From the NCBI GenBank assembly GCA_027022775.1, contig JALVXO010000105.1, positions 1 to 43,812 on the forward strand: a stretch of DNA of 43,812 bases, given 5' to 3'. Below the pieces are notes generated by a model that worked only from the letters and a program-made list of their open reading frames with translations, searched no databases and was not told the DNA's origin. Source of the DNA: Campylobacteraceae bacterium (GTDB taxonomy: Bacteria; Campylobacterota; Campylobacteria; Campylobacterales; Sulfurovaceae). Both the position numbers and the translations under genes were made by a program. Each line of letters begins with the position of its first letter. Within the stretch, counting starts at the first letter, position 1. Below are positions 41,609-43,812 of this stretch, piece by piece.

Positions 41609-42244
41609 GTGTTTAAAAGCAGAGAAGAAGCAGGAAGGCTGCTTGCGGGGGAGCTTATGCAATACCGGGGCAAAGATGCTGTGGTTATTGCACTGCCGCG
41701 GGGCGGGCTGCCTGTGGCTTACGAAGTTGCAAAAGCGCTAAATGCACCGATTGATATATTTTTTGTAAAGAAAATCCCTTCGCCTTACAATAAAGAAGCC
41801 GGCATAGGGGCAGTAAGTGAAAACGGATACTATTTTGTAAACCAAAATGCCGTAAATTCGCTGGGTATAACCAGAAGATATATTGAAAATGAAACCAAAG
41901 AGATTTTACAAAAAATTGCCCAAAAAAGAGCAATTTACAATAAAAAACGAGAAGATATAAAAGGTAAAACCGTAATTGTAGTGGATGACGGCATAGCAAC
42001 CGGTTCATCAATGAATCTGGCAATTGATGCACTCAAAAAAGAGGGTGCAAAAGAGGTGGTTATAGCCGCACCGGTAGCCCCGATAGAGGCTGCAAACACC
42101 CTAAAACAAAAAGCTGACGCCCTCTATGTGCTGCAAACCCCGCCAGATTTTATGGCAGTAGGCCAATACTATGCAGATTTCCACCAGCTTGATGACAGCG
42201 AAGTGACAGATATTTTAGAAAAAAGCAGAAATTTAGGTAAATAA
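41609..42244 (+). CDS. Phosphoribosyltransferase-family protein (COG1926-like)
   Basis: 211 aa with a GTG start after AAGGAG. PRPP-binding loop: VIVVDDGIATGSS. Confidence 0.75.
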   Translation: MFKSREEAGRLLAGELMQYRGKDAVVIALPRGGLPVAYEVAKALNAPIDIFFVKKIPSPYNKEAGIGAVSENGYYFVNQNAVNSLGITRRYIENETKEILQKIAQKRAIYNKKREDIKGKTVIVVDDGIATGSSMNLAIDALKKEGAKEVVIAAPVAPIEAANTLKQKADALYVLQTPPDFMAVGQYYADFHQLDDSEVTDILEKSRNLGK

Positions 42245-42382
42245 GAAAACCTTTCCAGCTTTTCTCGTTACGAGACTGTAAAAGACTTATAAAACAATAA
42301 TCTAATATTACCATTTATTAGTAATGTTTTTATATGACTAAAATCACTTCCAAAGTCTCTTTACAATTTAATTTGTAAGCGG

Positions 42383-43018
42383 TTACTTTTTGTCAAAATG
42401 CTGATAATCTTTACAGCACTTAAAATCTCCGCCCCAGCGCCAGCCGTAATATTTAAAAAATTTTACAATAGGGTCACTTTTTAAAATCATTGCTTTTTGC
42501 GCTGCGCTGTTATTGGTTCTGATACGGTTTAAATATTTATAAGAGTTTTTATGAGAGGTGTATCCGTTTTTTGATACATAAGGGTTCTCCAGCGGATTAA
42601 TATCAATAGCTTTACCGTAACTGTGGAGAGACCATCTGTTTGTACCGGCAACCGGGCGGCAGTTAAAAGCGGAAGTGTTGTCTGATTCTATAGATGCGAA
42701 ATCGCTGCCGCCGTAATCGCTTACAAGATGCATTTTTCTAATCGGGTATTTTATTTCATACAGTTTTTTAAAAATTGCAACCACTTCATTTGCTACATCT
42801 TTATTTACAATCATTTCCCCTTTATGCTCTTTGCCGTCAAAACCTATATAGGTTAAATTAAGGTAACGCAAGCTTTTAAGTCCAACAGGGCAGCCGGCAC
42901 GGTATGAACCGCCGTTAACCATTCTCTGTTTTAATGTTGGAGTTATGGGGCTAATTTTGGCACTAAAGCTAGCAGATAGAGATATACTTAAAAAAATTGT
43001 TGCAAGCACTGTTTTCAT
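42383..43018 (-). CDS. Secreted M15-family (VanY-like) peptidoglycan metallopeptidase
   Basis: I place the start at ATG 43018 (signal peptide MKTVLATIFLSISLSASFSA) after TAAGGA. Zn motifs: SLHSYGKAIDINP (Hx6D) and DYQHFD. GWRWGGDF block. Confidence 0.75.
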   Translation of the reverse strand: MKTVLATIFLSISLSASFSAKISPITPTLKQRMVNGGSYRAGCPVGLKSLRYLNLTYIGFDGKEHKGEMIVNKDVANEVVAIFKKLYEIKYPIRKMHLVSDYGGSDFASIESDNTSAFNCRPVAGTNRWSLHSYGKAIDINPLENPYVSKNGYTSHKNSYKYLNRIRTNNSAAQKAMILKSDPIVKFFKYYGWRWGGDFKCCKDYQHFDKK

Positions 43019-43074
43019 AATAAAATCCTTAATCCCAAATTTTGCATTAGAAGGTACATCAGATGCGATGATGC

Positions 43075-43233
43075 TTGGCAGCAGGATACTGGAGGAAAAC
43101 GCAGGCGCACTTGGAAGGTGAGAAGCGTTAAACAAACGACAACTGCTTGTCGTTTGTAGCTTCGAAACCGGAGCGTTGTGAGCAAAGCGAACCGCGTAGG
43201 CAAAAGGCTTTACTTCAGCACCCTTGCTGCCAA
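43075..43233. ncRNA. Candidate structured RNA (extended irregular hairpin, 6S-like architecture); identity and strand unresolved
   Basis: Hand count gives about 50% GC, against about 25-30% for other spacers. The closing helix is 43075-43083/43225-43233 (9 bp, plus 2 more). A further helix is 43089-43094/43213-43218. The apical helix is 11 bp, 43132-43142/43147-43157, with loop ctgc, extended by gaagc/gcttc. The minus strand is stop-free in two frames. Confidence 0.3.
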
Positions 43234-43306
43234 TGACCAATGCAGATAGAGTATTGACTAATGCAAATTTTAGGTTAATATCTGATTGTGTCATTTTAGT
43301 ATAAAG

Positions 43307-43315
43307 TGGTATAAT
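43307..43315 (+). promoter_or_regulatory. Extended -10 box TGGTATAAT for the TauE/SafE gene
   Basis: It lies 31 nt upstream of GTG 43346. Confidence 0.5.
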
Positions 43316-43345
43316 ATTATCTTAATTTTTTCAAAAGAGGTTGAT

Positions 43346-43812
43346 GTGCTGATATTTGAACTTATAGCTGCCGGTGTTTTTGTGGGTGTTTTATCCGGGT
43401 TTTTTGGAATCGGGGGCGGGATGCTTTTGGTTCCTATTTTAATGGCGCTTGGATTTGATATAAAGGCGGCAATTGCAATTTCTGTTGTGCAAATGTTTTT
43501 TAGCTCTATTTTAGGTTCGTATTTAAATTATAAAAAAGGAAACCTAAAGGTAAACGAGGGTATTTTTGTCGGTATCGGCGGAGCGGTTGGCGCGTTTTTT
43601 GGGGCACATTTAACCGATGTTTTGCCTCAAAGGGCGCTTGCTTTTTTGCTTTTGGGTATTGTAGTTTTAGCCTTTATCAGAGTTGCTATAAGCAAGCAAT
43701 ATAATAATAGAGATGAAAAGAGTGTTGCAACCTGGCTTCTGTTTTTAATCGGCGTATTTGTTGGGACAATCTCTATTATGCTGGGTGTCGGCGGTGCGGT
43801 GCTGCTTACCCC
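43346..43812 (+). CDS. TauE/SafE (DUF81) family anion/sulfite exporter, 5' part (runs off the window)
   Basis: GTG start 5 nt after AAAGAGG. The translation MLIFELIAAGVFVGVLSGFFGIGGGMLLVPIL... has the typical G.GGG motifs and stays open to the window end. It is not in the ORF track because no stop is present. Confidence 0.75.
   Translation, partial: MLIFELIAAGVFVGVLSGFFGIGGGMLLVPILMALGFDIKAAIAISVVQMFFSSILGSYLNYKKGNLKVNEGIFVGIGGAVGAFFGAHLTDVLPQRALAFLLLGIVVLAFIRVAISKQYNNRDEKSVATWLLFLIGVFVGTISIMLGVGGAVLLT

Noticed and set aside
43075-43233. tmRNA, RNase P RNA, SRP RNA or a known riboswitch as the identity of the GC-rich region
   Set aside because: - There is no tRNA-like GGTTCGA...CCA end or tag ORF.
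- The region is too short for RNase P, and GGAGGAAA is not followed by GTCCGGGC.
- There is no GGAAGCAGC SRP domain IV motif.
- There are no GEMM, ydaO, B12, fluoride or TPP consensus blocks.
42383-43294. The long 303-aa version of the M15 peptidase ORF
   Set aside because: The first 92 codons have no recognisable protein character and lie in a GC-rich hairpin region. ATG 43018 has a TAAGGA RBS and yields a canonical signal peptide, so I call the short form.
1-43812. A CRISPR array among the many repeats
   Set aside because: The repeats are palindromic and dispersed, one per spacer. They are not regularly spaced direct repeats with unique spacers, and no cas genes are present.
1-43812. A prophage, IS element or integrative island
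   Set aside because: No integrase, transposase, recombinase or phage structural genes were found in any frame. Only non-autonomous repeat elements are present.

Overview
This 43.8 kb window is a chromosomal segment from an AT-rich bacterium that looks like a member of the Campylobacterota (Epsilonproteobacteria). The supporting evidence is the gene orders ndk-DUF177-rpmF-plsX and ctc-pth-lptF/G, a type-E succinate/fumarate oxidoreductase with an HdrB-like CCG subunit, and TGnTATAAT-type extended -10 boxes. I cannot name the genus from the sequence alone.

I call about 48 protein genes, one tRNA-Ser(GCU), and no rRNA, CRISPR array, transposase or integrase.

**Core genes:** ribF, moeA, sdhABE-type oxidoreductase, thiL, a sulfite/nitrite-reductase-like hemoprotein, ctc, pth, an Lpt permease, plsX, rpmF, ndk, ferredoxin, metK, and the lysA-pheA-hisC-dxs operon.

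**Accessory or less ordinary blocks:**
1. A seven-gene, translationally coupled MoxR/DUF58/BatA-D operon (13356-19672).
2. A sulfur-flavoured cluster (19970-26047): a split YeeE/YedE pair, a membrane-tethered low-complexity protein ending in Cys, a secreted tandem rhodanese, and two paralogous multihaem cytochromes with 12 and 8 CxxCH motifs. This is my best candidate for an undescribed system.
3. An XpaC-TelA-SPFH/GYF-zinc-ribbon membrane-stress cluster (27356-31737).
4. An orphan AT-rich P-loop GTPase-like gene next to the tRNA (1013-2232).

**Non-coding structure:** The intergenic DNA is unusually rich in nested palindromic repeat families. One of them sits at the junction of the two cytochrome genes and makes the start of the second gene ambiguous. 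A roughly 50% GC, stop-poor, long-hairpin region at 43075-43233 looks like an unannotated structured RNA.

All functional calls rest on motifs I read in the translations. No database search was run.
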